Origin: Escherichia coli
GTDB taxonomy: Bacteria; Pseudomonadota; Gammaproteobacteria; Enterobacterales; Enterobacteriaceae
DNA: 64,000 nt
Strand: one strand, 5' to 3'
Assembly (NCBI RefSeq): GCF_016026235.1
Contig: NZ_CP065613.1
Below the pieces are notes generated by a model, which was not told where the DNA came from, searched no databases, and was given only the letters and a program-made list of their open reading frames with translations. Positions 50,888-63,241 of the stretch are shown here, one piece after another. Position 1 is the stretch's first letter; the number at the start of each line of letters is the position of its first letter. The translations under genes and the position numbers were made by a program.

Positions 50888-52168
50888 TTGTTTGACCGTT
50901 ATGATGCTGGTGAGCAGGCGGTACTGGTACACATCTATTTTACGCAAGACAAAGATATGGAAGACCTCCAGGAGTTTGAATCTCTGGTCTCTTCCGCCGG
51001 TGTCGAAGCATTGCAGGTGATTACCGGTAGCCGTAAAGCGCCGCACCCAAAGTATTTTGTAGGTGAAGGTAAAGCAGTTGAAATTGCGGAAGCTGTCAAA
51101 GCGACGGGTGCTTCGGTCGTTCTTTTTGACCATGCCCTGAGCCCGGCGCAAGAGCGTAACCTGGAGCGTTTGTGCGAGTGTCGTGTTATCGACCGCACCG
51201 GCCTTATTTTAGATATTTTCGCCCAACGTGCGCGTACCCATGAGGGTAAGTTGCAGGTTGAGCTGGCGCAGCTGCGCCATCTGGCTACGCGCCTGGTGCG
51301 TGGCTGGACCCACCTTGAAAGACAGAAAGGCGGGATAGGTTTGCGTGGTCCGGGTGAAACCCAGCTCGAAACCGACCGTCGTTTGTTGCGTAATCGCATC
51401 GTGCAGATACAGTCGCGCTTGGAAAGAGTTGAAAAGCAGCGTGAGCAGGGGCGGCAATCGCGTATCAAAGCCGACGTTCCTACTGTTTCGCTGGTGGGAT
51501 ATACCAACGCCGGTAAATCTACCCTTTTCAATCGCATCACCGAAGCGCGGGTCTACGCGGCAGACCAGTTGTTTGCCACCCTCGACCCGACGTTGCGGCG
51601 TATTGACGTTGCAGATGTCGGTGAAATCGTACTTGCAGATACCGTAGGGTTTATTCGCCACCTGCCGCACGATCTGGTGGCAGCATTTAAAGCCACGTTA
51701 CAAGAGACGCGGCAAGCCACATTACTGCTGCACGTCATTGATGCGGCGGATGTACGTGTACAAGAAAACATCGAAGCGGTGAATACGGTTCTTGAAGAGA
51801 TCGACGCTCACGAGATCCCAACCCTGCTGGTGATGAACAAGATCGATATGCTGGAAGATTTCGAACCGCGTATTGATCGGGACGAAGAGAACAAACCGAT
51901 CCGTGTCTGGCTTTCCGCACAGACCGGAGCGGGGATACCACAGCTTTTTCAGGCTTTGACGGAGCGGCTTTCCGGCGAGGTGGCGCAGCATACATTGCGT
52001 CTGCCACCGCAGGAAGGGCGTCTGAGAAGTCGTTTTTATCAGCTTCAGGCAATAGAAAAAGAGTGGATGGAGGAGGACGGCAGCGTAAGTCTGCAAGTTC
52101 GTATGCCGATCGTTGACTGGCGTCGCCTCTGTAAACAAGAACCGGCGTTGATCGATTACCTGATCTAA
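50888..52168 (+). CDS. hflX: GTPase HflX (426 aa)
   Basis: 426-aa ORF, TTG start at 50888; G-domain GYTNAGKST. Confidence 0.95.
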   Translation: MFDRYDAGEQAVLVHIYFTQDKDMEDLQEFESLVSSAGVEALQVITGSRKAPHPKYFVGEGKAVEIAEAVKATGASVVLFDHALSPAQERNLERLCECRVIDRTGLILDIFAQRARTHEGKLQVELAQLRHLATRLVRGWTHLERQKGGIGLRGPGETQLETDRRLLRNRIVQIQSRLERVEKQREQGRQSRIKADVPTVSLVGYTNAGKSTLFNRITEARVYAADQLFATLDPTLRRIDVADVGEIVLADTVGFIRHLPHDLVAAFKATLQETRQATLLLHVIDAADVRVQENIEAVNTVLEEIDAHEIPTLLVMNKIDMLEDFEPRIDRDEENKPIRVWLSAQTGAGIPQLFQALTERLSGEVAQHTLRLPPQEGRLRSRFYQLQAIEKEWMEEDGSVSLQVRMPIVDWRRLCKQEPALIDYLI

Positions 52169-52253
52169 CGGCGTAGCGTCTGAAGCGTGGAGTCATATCC
52201 TCTGGCGTCGAAAGACAACAGGGATCACCGCATAACAAATATGGAGCACAAAC

Positions 52254-53513
52254 ATGGCGTGGAATCAGCCCGGTAATAACGGACAAGACCGCGACCCGTG
52301 GGGAAGCAGCAAACCTGGCGGCAACTCTGAGGGAAATGGAAACAAAGGCGGTCGCGATCAAGGGCCACCTGATTTAGATGATATCTTCCGCAAACTGAGC
52401 AAAAAGCTCGGTGGTCTGGGCGGCGGTAAAGGCACCGGATCTGGCGGTGGCAGTTCATCGCAAGGCCCGCGCCCGCAGCTTGGCGGTCGTGTCGTTACCA
52501 TCGCAGCGGCAGCGATTGTCATTATCTGGGCGGCCAGTGGTTTCTATACCATTAAAGAAGCCGAACGCGGCGTGGTAACACGCTTTGGTAAATTCAGCCA
52601 TCTGGTTGAGCCGGGTCTGAACTGGAAACCGACGTTTATCGACGAAGTCAAACCGGTGAACGTGGAAGCCGTGCGTGAACTGGCAGCTTCTGGTGTGATG
52701 CTGACGTCGGACGAGAACGTAGTGCGCGTTGAGATGAACGTGCAGTACCGCGTCACCAATCCGGAAAAATATCTGTATAGCGTGACCAGCCCGGATGACA
52801 GCCTGCGTCAGGCTACCGACAGCGCCCTGCGTGGAGTTATCGGTAAATACACCATGGACCGCATTCTGACGGAAGGTCGTACCGTGATTCGTAGCGATAC
52901 TCAGCGCGAACTGGAAGAGACGATTCGTCCGTATGACATGGGCATCACTCTGCTGGACGTCAACTTCCAGGCAGCTCGTCCGCCGGAAGAAGTAAAAGCG
53001 GCGTTTGACGATGCGATTGCCGCGCGTGAAAACGAACAGCAATACATTCGTGAAGCAGAAGCGTATACCAACGAAGTTCAGCCGCGTGCGAACGGTCAGG
53101 CGCAACGTATCCTCGAAGAGGCGCGTGCGTACAAGGCCCAGACCATCCTGGAAGCTCAGGGTGAAGTGGCGCGCTTTGCTAAACTTCTGCCGGAATATAA
53201 AGCCGCGCCGGAAATTACTCGCGAGCGTCTGTATATCGAGACGATGGAAAAAGTGTTGGGCAACACCCGCAAAGTGCTGGTTAACGATAAAGGTGGCAAC
53301 CTGATGGTTCTGCCGTTAGACCAGATGCTGAAAGGTGGTAACGCCCCTGCAGCGAAGAGCGATAACGGTGCCAGCAATCTGCTGCGTCTGCCGCCAGCCT
53401 CTTCCTCCACAACCAGTGGAGCAAGCAACACGTCGTCCACCAGTCAGGGCGATATTATGGACCAACGCCGCGCCAACGCGCAGCGTAACGACTACCAGCG
53501 TCAGGGGGAATAA
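52254..53513 (+). CDS. hflK: FtsH modulator HflK (419 aa)
   Basis: SPFH/band-7 protein with Gly-rich N-terminus. Confidence 0.95.
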   Translation: MAWNQPGNNGQDRDPWGSSKPGGNSEGNGNKGGRDQGPPDLDDIFRKLSKKLGGLGGGKGTGSGGGSSSQGPRPQLGGRVVTIAAAAIVIIWAASGFYTIKEAERGVVTRFGKFSHLVEPGLNWKPTFIDEVKPVNVEAVRELAASGVMLTSDENVVRVEMNVQYRVTNPEKYLYSVTSPDDSLRQATDSALRGVIGKYTMDRILTEGRTVIRSDTQRELEETIRPYDMGITLLDVNFQAARPPEEVKAAFDDAIAARENEQQYIREAEAYTNEVQPRANGQAQRILEEARAYKAQTILEAQGEVARFAKLLPEYKAAPEITRERLYIETMEKVLGNTRKVLVNDKGGNLMVLPLDQMLKGGNAPAAKSDNGASNLLRLPPASSSTTSGASNTSSTSQGDIMDQRRANAQRNDYQRQGE

Positions 53514-53515
53514 CG

Positions 53516-54520
53516 ATGCGTAAGTCAGTTATCGCGATTATCATCATCGTGCTGGTAGTGCTTTACATGTCTGTCTTTGTCGTCAAAGAAGGTGAGCGCG
53601 GTATTACGCTGCGTTTTGGTAAGGTACTGCGTGACGATGACAACAAACCTCTGGTTTATGAGCCGGGTCTGCATTTCAAGATACCGTTCATTGAAACGGT
53701 GAAAATGCTCGACGCACGTATTCAGACCATGGACAACCAGGCCGACCGCTTTGTGACCAAAGAGAAGAAAGACCTGATCGTCGACTCTTACATCAAATGG
53801 CGCATCAGCGATTTCAGCCGTTACTACCTGGCAACGGGTGGTGGCGACATTTCGCAAGCGGAAGTGCTGTTGAAACGTAAGTTCTCTGACCGTCTGCGTT
53901 CTGAAATTGGTCGCCTGGACGTGAAAGATATCGTCACTGATTCCCGTGGTCGTCTGACCCTCGAAGTACGTGACGCGCTGAACTCCGGTTCTGCGGGTAC
54001 AGAAGATGAAGTTACTACCCCGGCGGCAGATAACGCCATTGCCGAAGCGGCAGAGCGCGTAACGGCTGAGACGAAGGGCAAAGTTCCGGTCATCAACCCG
54101 AACAGTATGGCGGCGCTGGGTATTGAAGTTGTCGATGTGCGTATCAAACAGATCAACCTGCCGACCGAAGTGTCTGAAGCGATCTACAACCGTATGCGCG
54201 CCGAGCGTGAAGCGGTAGCGCGTCGTCACCGTTCACAAGGTCAGGAAGAAGCGGAAAAACTGCGCGCGACTGCCGACTATGAAGTGACCAGAACGCTGGC
54301 AGAAGCTGAGCGTCAGGGCCGTATCATGCGTGGTGAAGGCGATGCCGAAGCAGCCAAACTGTTTGCTGATGCATTCAGTAAAGATCCGGACTTCTACGCA
54401 TTCATCCGTAGCCTGCGTGCTTATGAGAACAGCTTCTCTGGCAATCAGGACGTGATGGTCATGAGCCCGGATAGCGATTTCTTCCGCTATATGAAGACGC
54501 CGACTTCCGCAACGCGTTAA
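53516..54520 (+). CDS. hflC: FtsH modulator HflC (334 aa)
   Basis: SPFH protein 2 bp after hflK. Confidence 0.95.
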   Translation: MRKSVIAIIIIVLVVLYMSVFVVKEGERGITLRFGKVLRDDDNKPLVYEPGLHFKIPFIETVKMLDARIQTMDNQADRFVTKEKKDLIVDSYIKWRISDFSRYYLATGGGDISQAEVLLKRKFSDRLRSEIGRLDVKDIVTDSRGRLTLEVRDALNSGSAGTEDEVTTPAADNAIAEAAERVTAETKGKVPVINPNSMAALGIEVVDVRIKQINLPTEVSEAIYNRMRAEREAVARRHRSQGQEEAEKLRATADYEVTRTLAEAERQGRIMRGEGDAEAAKLFADAFSKDPDFYAFIRSLRAYENSFSGNQDVMVMSPDSDFFRYMKTPTSATR

Positions 54521-54549
54521 TATAACGACTGCGGTACAGGTCAATAAAG

Positions 54550-54590
54550 CCACCGCATCCTCAGGGATGTCGGTGGTTTTCTTTTTCTAT
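54550..54590 (+). terminator. Hairpin plus T-run after hflC
   Basis: ccaccg-(15-nt loop)-cggtgg followed by ttttctttttc. Confidence 0.5.
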
Positions 54591-54601
54591 AAGGATAATG
54601 A

Positions 54602-54799
54602 ATGAATTCGACAATCTGGCTGGCGCTTGCCCTGGTTTTGGTACTGGAAGGTTTAGGGCCGATGCTTTACCCGAAGGCATGGAAGAAGATGATCTCTGCG
54701 ATGACCAATTTGCCCGATAATATTTTACGTCGTTTTGGCGGTGGACTTGTGGTTGCGGGCGTTGTGGTCTACTACATGTTGAGGAAAACGATTGGCTGA
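54602..54799 (+). CDS. yjeT: Small membrane protein YjeT (65 aa)
   Basis: 65-aa ORF with two hydrophobic segments; position between hflC and purA. Confidence 0.85.
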   Translation: MNSTIWLALALVLVLEGLGPMLYPKAWKKMISAMTNLPDNILRRFGGGLVVAGVVVYYMLRKTIG

Positions 54800-54899
54800 A
54801 CAAAAAACAGACTGATCGAGGTCATTTTTGAGTGCAAAAAGTGCTGTAACTCTGAAAAAGCGATGGTAGAATCCATTTTTAAGCAAACGGTGATTTTGA

Positions 54900-56201
<1,302 letters not shown>

Positions 56202-56405
56202 TTCTGGTACGCCTGGCAGATATTTTGCCTGCCGGGCTAACAGTGTGATACATTGCTGTGTCGGTTAAGCCATTACGCTATCCGACACAGTGTTAAATCC
56301 TCGCTTTTTTCCTTCCCCGAACTGAAATAAATTAGCGACACAGCTTGTGGCTGGTTTATCATCAATATAAATGTATTTTTTCCCGATTTCCCTTTTGAGG
56401 TTGAT

Positions 56406-56831
56406 GTGCAGTTAACGAGTTTCACTGATTACGGATTACGTGCGCTGATCTACATGGCGTCATTGCCAGAAGGGCGGATGACCAGTATTTCTGAAGTGAC
56501 TGACGTCTACGGCGTCTCCCGTAATCATATGGTCAAAATAATCAATCAACTTAGTCGTGCCGGCTACGTGACTGCTGTTCGTGGAAAAAATGGCGGCATT
56601 CGCCTGGGTAAACCGGCGAGTGCGATACGTATTGGTGATGTGGTGCGCGAGCTGGAGCCCTTATCGCTGGTGAATTGCAGCAGTGAGTTTTGCCACATTA
56701 CACCTGCCTGTCGGTTGAAACAGGCGCTTTCTAAGGCCGTGCAAAGTTTTCTTACGGAACTGGATAACTACACGCTTGCCGATTTGGTTGAAGAGAATCA
56801 ACCGCTTTATAAATTATTGCTGGTGGAGTGA
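56406..56831 (+). CDS. nsrR: NO-sensing Rrf2-family repressor NsrR (141 aa)
   Basis: GTG start at 56406; three C-terminal Cys for Fe-S cluster. Confidence 0.92.
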
Positions 56832-56869
56832 CGAAAATCTTCATCAGAGATGACAACGGAGGAACCGAG

Positions 56870-59311
56870 ATGTCACAAGATCCTTTCCAGGAACGCGAAG
56901 CTGAAAAATACGCGCATCCCATCCCTAGTCGGGAATTTATCCTCGAACATTTAACCAAACGTGAAAAACCGGCCAGCCGTGATGAGCTGGCGGTAGAACT
57001 GCACATTGAAGGCGAAGAGCAGCTTGAAGGCCTGCGTCGCCGCCTGCGCGCGATGGAGCGCGATGGTCAACTGGTCTTTACTCGTCGTCAGTGCTATGCG
57101 CTGCCGGAACGCCTCGACCTGGTGAAAGGTACCGTTATTGGCCACCGTGATGGCTACGGCTTTCTGCGGGTTGAAGGGCGTAAAGATGATTTGTATCTCT
57201 CCAGCGAGCAGATGAAAACCTGCATTCATGGCGATCAGGTGCTGGCTCAGCCGCTGGGTGCTGACCGTAAAGGTCGTCGTGAAGCGCGTATTGTCCGCGT
57301 ACTGGTGCCAAAAACCAGCCAGATTGTTGGTCGCTACTTTACCGAAGCGGGCGTCGGCTTTGTGGTTCCTGACGATAGCCGTCTGAGCTTCGATATCTTA
57401 ATCCCGCCCGATCAGATCATGGGCGCGCGGATGGGCTTTGTGGTGGTTGTTGAACTGACCCAACGCCCGACTCGCCGTACCAAAGCGGTGGGTAAAATCG
57501 TCGAAGTGCTGGGCGACAATATGGGCACCGGCATGGCGGTTGATATCGCTCTGCGTACCCATGAAATTCCGTACATCTGGCCGCAGGCTGTTGAGCAACA
57601 GGTTGCCGGGCTGAAAGAAGAAGTGCCGGAAGAAGCAAAAGCGGGCCGTGTCGATTTGCGCGATTTACCGCTGGTCACCATTGATGGCGAAGACGCCCGT
57701 GACTTTGACGATGCAGTTTACTGCGAGAAAAAACGCGGCGGCGGCTGGCGTTTATGGGTCGCGATTGCCGACGTCAGCTACTATGTGCGTCCGCCAACGC
57801 CGCTGGACAGAGAAGCGCGTAACCGTGGCACGTCGGTGTACTTCCCTTCGCAGGTTATCCCGATGCTGCCGGAAGTGCTCTCTAACGGCCTGTGTTCGCT
57901 CAACCCGCAGGTAGACCGCCTGTGTATGGTGTGCGAGATGACGGTTTCGTCGAAAGGCCGCCTGACTGGCTACAAATTCTACGAAGCGGTGATGAGCTCT
58001 CACGCGCGTCTGACCTACACCAAAGTCTGGCATATTCTGCAGGGCGATCAGGATCTGCGCGAGCAGTACGCCCCGCTGGTTAAGCATCTCGGAGAGTTGC
58101 ATAACCTCTATAAAGTGCTGGATAAAGCCCGTGAAGAACGCGGCGGGATCTCATTTGAGAGCGAAGAAGCGAAGTTCATTTTCAACGCTGAACGCCGTAT
58201 TGAGCGTATCGAACAGACCCAGCGTAACGACGCGCACAAGTTAATTGAAGAGTGCATGATTCTGGCGAATATCTCGGCGGCGCGTTTCGTTGAGAAAGCC
58301 AAAGAACCGGCACTGTTCCGTATTCACGACAAGCCGAGCACCGAAGCGATTACCTCTTTCCGTTCAGTGCTGGCAGAGCTGGGGCTGGAGCTGCCGGGTG
58401 GTAACAAGCCGGAACCGCGTGACTACGCGGAACTGCTGGAGTCGGTTGCCGACCGTCCTGATGCAGAAATGCTGCAAACCATGCTGCTACGCTCGATGAA
58501 ACAGGCGATTTACGATCCAGAAAACCGTGGTCACTTCGGTCTGGCATTGCAGTCCTATGCGCACTTTACTTCGCCGATTCGTCGTTATCCTGACCTGACG
58601 CTGCACCGCGCCATTAAGTATCTGCTGGCGAAAGAGCAGGGGCATCAGGGTAACACCACTGAAACCGGTGGCTACCATTATTCGATGGAAGAGATGCTGC
58701 AACTGGGCCAGCACTGTTCGATGGCGGAACGTCGTGCCGACGAAGCAACGCGCGATGTGGCTGACTGGCTGAAGTGTGACTTCATGCTCGACCAGGTAGG
58801 TAACGTCTTTAAAGGCGTAATTTCCAGCGTCACTGGCTTTGGCTTCTTCGTCCGTCTGGACGACTTGTTCATTGATGGGCTGGTCCATGTCTCTTCGCTG
58901 GACAATGACTACTATCGCTTTGACCAGGTAGGGCAACGCCTGATGGGTGAATCCAGCGGTCAGACTTATCGCCTGGGCGATCGCGTGGAAGTTCGCGTCG
59001 AAGCGGTTAATATGGACGAGCGCAAAATCGACTTTAGCCTGATCTCCAGCGAACGCGCACCGCGCAACGTCGGTAAAACGGCGCGCGAGAAAGCGAAAAA
59101 AGGCGATGCAGGTAAAAAAGGCGGCAAGCGTCGTCAGGTCGGTAAAAAGGTAAACTTTGAGCCAGACAGCGCCTTCCGCGGTGAGAAAAAAACGAAGCCG
59201 AAAGCAGCGAAGAAAGACGCGAGAAAAGCGAAAAAGCCATCGGCGAAAACGCAGAAAATAGCTGCAGCGACCAAAGCGAAGCGTGCGGCGAAGAAAAAAG
59301 TGGCAGAGTGA
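56870..59311 (+). CDS. rnr: Ribonuclease R (813 aa)
   Basis: ORF 56828..59311 trimmed to [19 protein letters not shown]...; RNB domain, S1 domain, Lys-rich C-terminal tail. Confidence 0.95.
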   Translation: MSQDPFQEREAEKYAHPIPSREFILEHLTKREKPASRDELAVELHIEGEEQLEGLRRRLRAMERDGQLVFTRRQCYALPERLDLVKGTVIGHRDGYGFLRVEGRKDDLYLSSEQMKTCIHGDQVLAQPLGADRKGRREARIVRVLVPKTSQIVGRYFTEAGVGFVVPDDSRLSFDILIPPDQIMGARMGFVVVVELTQRPTRRTKAVGKIVEVLGDNMGTGMAVDIALRTHEIPYIWPQAVEQQVAGLKEEVPEEAKAGRVDLRDLPLVTIDGEDARDFDDAVYCEKKRGGGWRLWVAIADVSYYVRPPTPLDREARNRGTSVYFPSQVIPMLPEVLSNGLCSLNPQVDRLCMVCEMTVSSKGRLTGYKFYEAVMSSHARLTYTKVWHILQGDQDLREQYAPLVKHLGELHNLYKVLDKAREERGGISFESEEAKFIFNAERRIERIEQTQRNDAHKLIEECMILANISAARFVEKAKEPALFRIHDKPSTEAITSFRSVLAELGLELPGGNKPEPRDYAELLESVADRPDAEMLQTMLLRSMKQAIYDPENRGHFGLALQSYAHFTSPIRRYPDLTLHRAIKYLLAKEQGHQGNTTETGGYHYSMEEMLQLGQHCSMAERRADEATRDVADWLKCDFMLDQVGNVFKGVISSVTGFGFFVRLDDLFIDGLVHVSSLDNDYYRFDQVGQRLMGESSGQTYRLGDRVEVRVEAVNMDERKIDFSLISSERAPRNVGKTAREKAKKGDAGKKGGKRRQVGKKVNFEPDSAFRGEKKTKPKAAKKDARKAKKPSAKTQKIAAATKAKRAAKKKVAE

Positions 59312-59368
59312 TCATTACCCTCTTCAAACAGAAGAGGGTTAGATTACTGACAAAATGCGCTTTGTTCA

Positions 59369-59467
59369 TGCCGGATGCGGCGTGAACGCCTTATCCGGCC
59401 TACATAATCACGCAAATTCAATATATTGCAGAGATCATGTAGGCCGGATAAACGTAGTGCATCAGGC
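59369..59467. repeat. REP element pair between rnr and rlmB
   Basis: tgccggatgcggcgtgaacgccttatccggcctac and gtaggccggataaacgtagtgcatcaggc. Confidence 0.7.
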
Positions 59468-59491
59468 AAAACGTAAACAACGAGTACATTA

Positions 59492-60223
59492 ATGAGCGAA
59501 ATGATTTACGGCATCCACGCAGTGCAGGCCCTGCTGGAGCGCGCCCCTGAACGTTTTCAGGAAGTCTTTATTTTAAAAGGCCGTGAAGATAAACGTCTGT
59601 TACCGCTGATTCACGCCCTTGAGTCCCAGGGCGTGGTTATCCAGTTGGCAAACCGCCAATATCTCGACGAGAAAAGCGACGGTGCCGTGCATCAGGGCAT
59701 TATCGCCCGCGTGAAGCCAGGACGTCAGTACCAGGAAAACGATCTGCCGGATCTGATCGCTTCGCTCGATCAGCCGTTCCTGCTGATCCTCGACGGTGTA
59801 ACCGATCCGCACAACCTCGGTGCGTGCCTGCGTAGTGCGGACGCCGCAGGCGTTCACGCGGTGATTGTGCCGAAAGATCGCTCCGCACAGCTCAACGCCA
59901 CGGCGAAAAAAGTAGCCTGCGGCGCGGCAGAAAGCGTTCCGCTGATTCGGGTGACTAACCTTGCGCGCACCATGCGTATGTTGCAGGAAGAGAATATCTG
60001 GATCGTCGGTACGGCAGGCGAGGCGGATCATACACTCTATCAGAGCAAAATGACCGGACGCCTGGCGCTGGTGATGGGCGCGGAAGGTGAAGGTATGCGT
60101 CGCCTGACCCGTGAACATTGCGATGAGTTGATCAGCATCCCAATGGCAGGAAGTGTTTCTTCTCTGAACGTTTCGGTTGCAACCGGAATTTGCTTATTTG
60201 AAGCGGTGCGCCAGCGCAGCTAA
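59492..60223 (+). CDS. rlmB: 23S rRNA Gm2251 2'-O-methyltransferase RlmB (243 aa)
   Basis: SpoU/TrmH family ORF, last gene of nsrR-rnr-rlmB arrangement. Confidence 0.95.
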
Positions 60224-60243
60224 TTTCTCAGAATTATGAAAAG

Positions 60244-60268
60244 CCATCCAGATTTGGATGGTTTTTTT
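60244..60268 (+). terminator. rlmB rho-independent terminator
   Basis: ccatcca-gatt-tggatgg followed by ttttttt. Confidence 0.75.
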
Positions 60269-60347
60269 GTGTTTAGCTGGTAAGATAATTACGTACTGCA
60301 AATATTCATTTTGTTAATATTTAAACTAAATCTATATGGAATAATAT

Positions 60348-60749
60348 ATGACATGGAATCCGTTGGCGCTGGCGACGGCGCTGCAAACTGTACCTGAACA
60401 AAATATTGATGTAACAAATAGCGAGAACGCATTAATTATTAAAATGAATGATTATGGCGATTTGCAAATCAATATTCTTTTTACTTCCCGCCAAATGATT
60501 ATCGAAACCTTTATTTGTCCGGTAAGTAGTATCAGCAATCCAGATGAATTTAATACCTTCTTATTAAGAAATCAGAAGATGATGCCGTTGTCATCGGTAG
60601 GGATCTCCAGCGTACAACAGGAAGAGTATTACATTGTTTTCGGGGCGTTATCGCTTAAATCTTCTCTTGAAGATATCCTGCTTGAGATAACCTCGCTGGT
60701 AGATAACGCATTGGATCTGGCTGAAATTACAGAAGAATATTCACACTAA
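60348..60749 (+). CDS. yjfI: Uncharacterised protein YjfI (133 aa)
   Basis: 133-aa ORF, AT-rich coding sequence; first gene of yjfIJKLMC cluster. Confidence 0.85.
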   Translation: MTWNPLALATALQTVPEQNIDVTNSENALIIKMNDYGDLQINILFTSRQMIIETFICPVSSISNPDEFNTFLLRNQKMMPLSSVGISSVQQEEYYIVFGALSLKSSLEDILLEITSLVDNALDLAEITEEYSH

Positions 60750-60767
60750 TTACAAGGACGGGTATTT

Positions 60768-61466
60768 ATGGGAATTTTAAAAAGTTTATTTACGCTGGGG
60801 AAATCGTTTATCTCCCAGGCGGAAGAGTCCATTGAAGAAACCCAGGGTGTGCGCATGCTGGAACAGCATATTCGTGACGCTAAAGCTGAACTCGATAAAG
60901 CCGGAAAATCTCGCGTTGATCTGCTGGCGCGGGTGAAATTAAGTCACGATAAGCTGAAAGATTTACGTGAGCGCAAAGCCAGTCTGGAAGCCCGTGCGCT
61001 GGAAGCGTTAAGCAAGAACGTTAATCCGTCGTTGATTAACGAAGTTGCTGAAGAAATCGCGCGCCTTGAGAATCTCATTACCGCTGAAGAGCAAGTGTTG
61101 TCGAATCTGGAAGTCTCCCGTGATGGCGTGGAAAAAGCAGTTACAGCGACAGCGCAGCGTATCGCTCAGTTTGAGCAGCAAATGGAAGTCGTTAAAGCCA
61201 CTGAAGCCATGCAGCGTGCACAACAGGCTGTAACAACCTCTACCGTTGGCGCATCTTCCAGCGTTTCGACAGCGGCAGAATCCTTAAAACGCCTGCAAAC
61301 GCGTCAGGCCAAACGTCAGGCGCGCCTGGATGCTGCTGCACAGTTGGAAAAAGTCGCGGATGGTCGCGATCTTGATGAAAAGCTGGCGGAAGCAGGAATT
61401 GGCGGTAGCAATAAAAGTAGCGTCCAGGATGTGCTGGCAAGACTGCAACGCCAACAGGGCGAGTAA
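60768..61466 (+). CDS. yjfJ: PspA/IM30-family coiled-coil protein YjfJ (232 aa)
   Basis: 232-aa ORF dominated by heptad-like E/K/A/L/Q-rich sequence; recalled as PspA paralogue. Confidence 0.88.
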   Translation: MGILKSLFTLGKSFISQAEESIEETQGVRMLEQHIRDAKAELDKAGKSRVDLLARVKLSHDKLKDLRERKASLEARALEALSKNVNPSLINEVAEEIARLENLITAEEQVLSNLEVSRDGVEKAVTATAQRIAQFEQQMEVVKATEAMQRAQQAVTTSTVGASSSVSTAAESLKRLQTRQAKRQARLDAAAQLEKVADGRDLDEKLAEAGIGGSNKSSVQDVLARLQRQQGE

Positions 61467-61515
61467 TTTTTTGCCAGCCTCACTGCAAGGCTGGCAACTA
61501 TTTTAAGGATAAAAT

Positions 61516-62175
61516 ATGTCTGGTTTTTTCCAGCGTCTGTTTGGCAAGGATAATAAGCCTGCTATCGCTCGCGGTCCGCTGGGACTTCATCTCAATAGTG
61601 GCTTTACACTCGACACGTTAGCGTTTCGTTTGCTGGAAGATGAATTGTTGATTGCGCTGCCGGGTGAGGAATTTACGGTAGCCGCTGTCAGTCACATCGA
61701 TCTGGGCGGCGGTAGCCAGATTTTCCGCTACTACACTTCAGGCGATGAGTTTCTGCAAATCAATACTACCGGCGGCGAAGATATTGATGACATTGATGAT
61801 ATCAAGCTCTTTGTCTATGAAGAGAGCTACGGTATCAGTAAAGAGAGTCACTGGCGCGAGGCGATCAACGCCAAAGTGATGGGGGCAATGATCTTAAACT
61901 GGCAGGAAAAACGCTGGCAGCGATTTTTTAACAGCGAAGAACCGGGAAATATCGAACCCGTCTACATGCTGGAAAAAGTAGAAAATCAAAACCATGCCAA
62001 ATGGGAGGTCCATAATTTTACCATGGGCTACCAGCGGCAAGTAACCGAAGATACTTACGAATATTTGCTGTTAAATGGTGAGGAATCTTTTAACGATCTC
62101 GGCGAGCCAGAGTGGTTATTTTCGCGCGCGTTGGGTGTCGATATCCCGCTGACATCACTTCATATTATTGGTTAA
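61516..62175 (+). CDS. yjfK: Uncharacterised protein YjfK (219 aa)
   Basis: 219-aa soluble ORF, 49 bp after yjfJ. Confidence 0.85.
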   Translation: MSGFFQRLFGKDNKPAIARGPLGLHLNSGFTLDTLAFRLLEDELLIALPGEEFTVAAVSHIDLGGGSQIFRYYTSGDEFLQINTTGGEDIDDIDDIKLFVYEESYGISKESHWREAINAKVMGAMILNWQEKRWQRFFNSEEPGNIEPVYMLEKVENQNHAKWEVHNFTMGYQRQVTEDTYEYLLLNGEESFNDLGEPEWLFSRALGVDIPLTSLHIIG

Positions 62176-62192
62176 TTACAAGGACGTTTACA

Positions 62193-62591
62193 ATGCATAT
62201 ACTGGATTCACTTCTTGCCTTTAGCGTCTATTTTTTTATTGGCGTGGCTATGGTGATTATTTTTCTGTTTATCTACTCCAAAATTACACCGCACAATGAA
62301 TGGCAATTAATCAAAAACAATAATACCGCAGCGTCACTGGCGTTCAGCGGTACATTGTTGGGTTACGTGATCCCCTTATCCAGTGCGGCAATCAATGCGG
62401 TGAGTATTCCAGACTATTTCGCCTGGGGCGGGATTGCACTGGTGATTCAGTTACTCGTTTTTGCTGGTGTCAGACTTTATATGCCCGCATTAAGCGAAAA
62501 AATTATTAATCACAATACCGCAGCAGGAATGTTTATGGGAACCGCCGCGCTGGCTGGCGGTATTTTTAACGCAGCTTGTATGACATGGTAA
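62193..62591 (+). CDS. yjfL: Inner membrane protein YjfL (132 aa)
   Basis: ORF 62112..62591 trimmed to MHILDSLLAFSVYFFIG...; four hydrophobic segments. Confidence 0.85.
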   Translation: MHILDSLLAFSVYFFIGVAMVIIFLFIYSKITPHNEWQLIKNNNTAASLAFSGTLLGYVIPLSSAAINAVSIPDYFAWGGIALVIQLLVFAGVRLYMPALSEKIINHNTAAGMFMGTAALAGGIFNAACMTW

Positions 62592-62600
62592 TGGACGATC

Positions 62601-63239
62601 ATGGCCAGAAAACGCAAATCAAGAAATAACAGTAAAATTGGTCACGGAGCGATCAGTCGCATTGGTAGACCGAATAATCCTTTTGAACCGCGTCGCAATC
62701 GCTACGCACAAAAATACTTAACGTTGGCGCTAATGGGCGGTGCCGCTTTTTTTGTATTGAAAGGTTGTGGCGATAGTGGCGATGTCGATAACGACGGCGA
62801 CGGAACGTTTTATTCGACAGTGCAGGATTGTATTGATGACGGTAATAATGCCGACATTTGCGCGCGTGGCTGGAACAACGCCAAAGCGGCATTTTATGCC
62901 GATGTTCCGAAGAATATGACTCAGCAGAACTGTCAGTCTAAGTACGAAAATTGCTACTACGACAATGTTGAACAGAGTTGGATCCCGGTCGTTTCTGGAT
63001 TTTTGTTAAGCCGGGTTATTCGTAAAGATCGCGATGAGCCGTTCGTCTATAACAGCGGCGGATCCTCATTTGCTTCCCGCCCCGTCTGGCGCAACACTTC
63101 CGGTGATTACTCCTGGCGCTCCGGTTCTGGCAAAAAAGAGTCTTACTCTTCAGGCGGCTTTACCACCAAAAAAGCGTCGACCGTTTCTCGCGGCGGCTAT
63201 GGTCGTTCTTCCAGCGCCCGTGGGCATTGGGGAGGCTAA
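62601..63239 (+). CDS. yjfM: Uncharacterised protein YjfM (212 aa)
   Basis: Basic N-terminus, one hydrophobic segment ending LKGC, Asp-rich DVDNDGDG stretch, Gly/Ser/Tyr/Arg-rich C-terminal tail. Confidence 0.85.
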   Translation: MARKRKSRNNSKIGHGAISRIGRPNNPFEPRRNRYAQKYLTLALMGGAAFFVLKGCGDSGDVDNDGDGTFYSTVQDCIDDGNNADICARGWNNAKAAFYADVPKNMTQQNCQSKYENCYYDNVEQSWIPVVSGFLLSRVIRKDRDEPFVYNSGGSSFASRPVWRNTSGDYSWRSGSGKKESYSSGGFTTKKASTVSRGGYGRSSSARGHWGG

Positions 63240-63241
63240 TC

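Noticed and set aside
59040..59311. AAA/AAG-rich low-complexity tract
   Set aside because: Encodes the lysine-rich C-terminal tail of RNase R; not a separate element.
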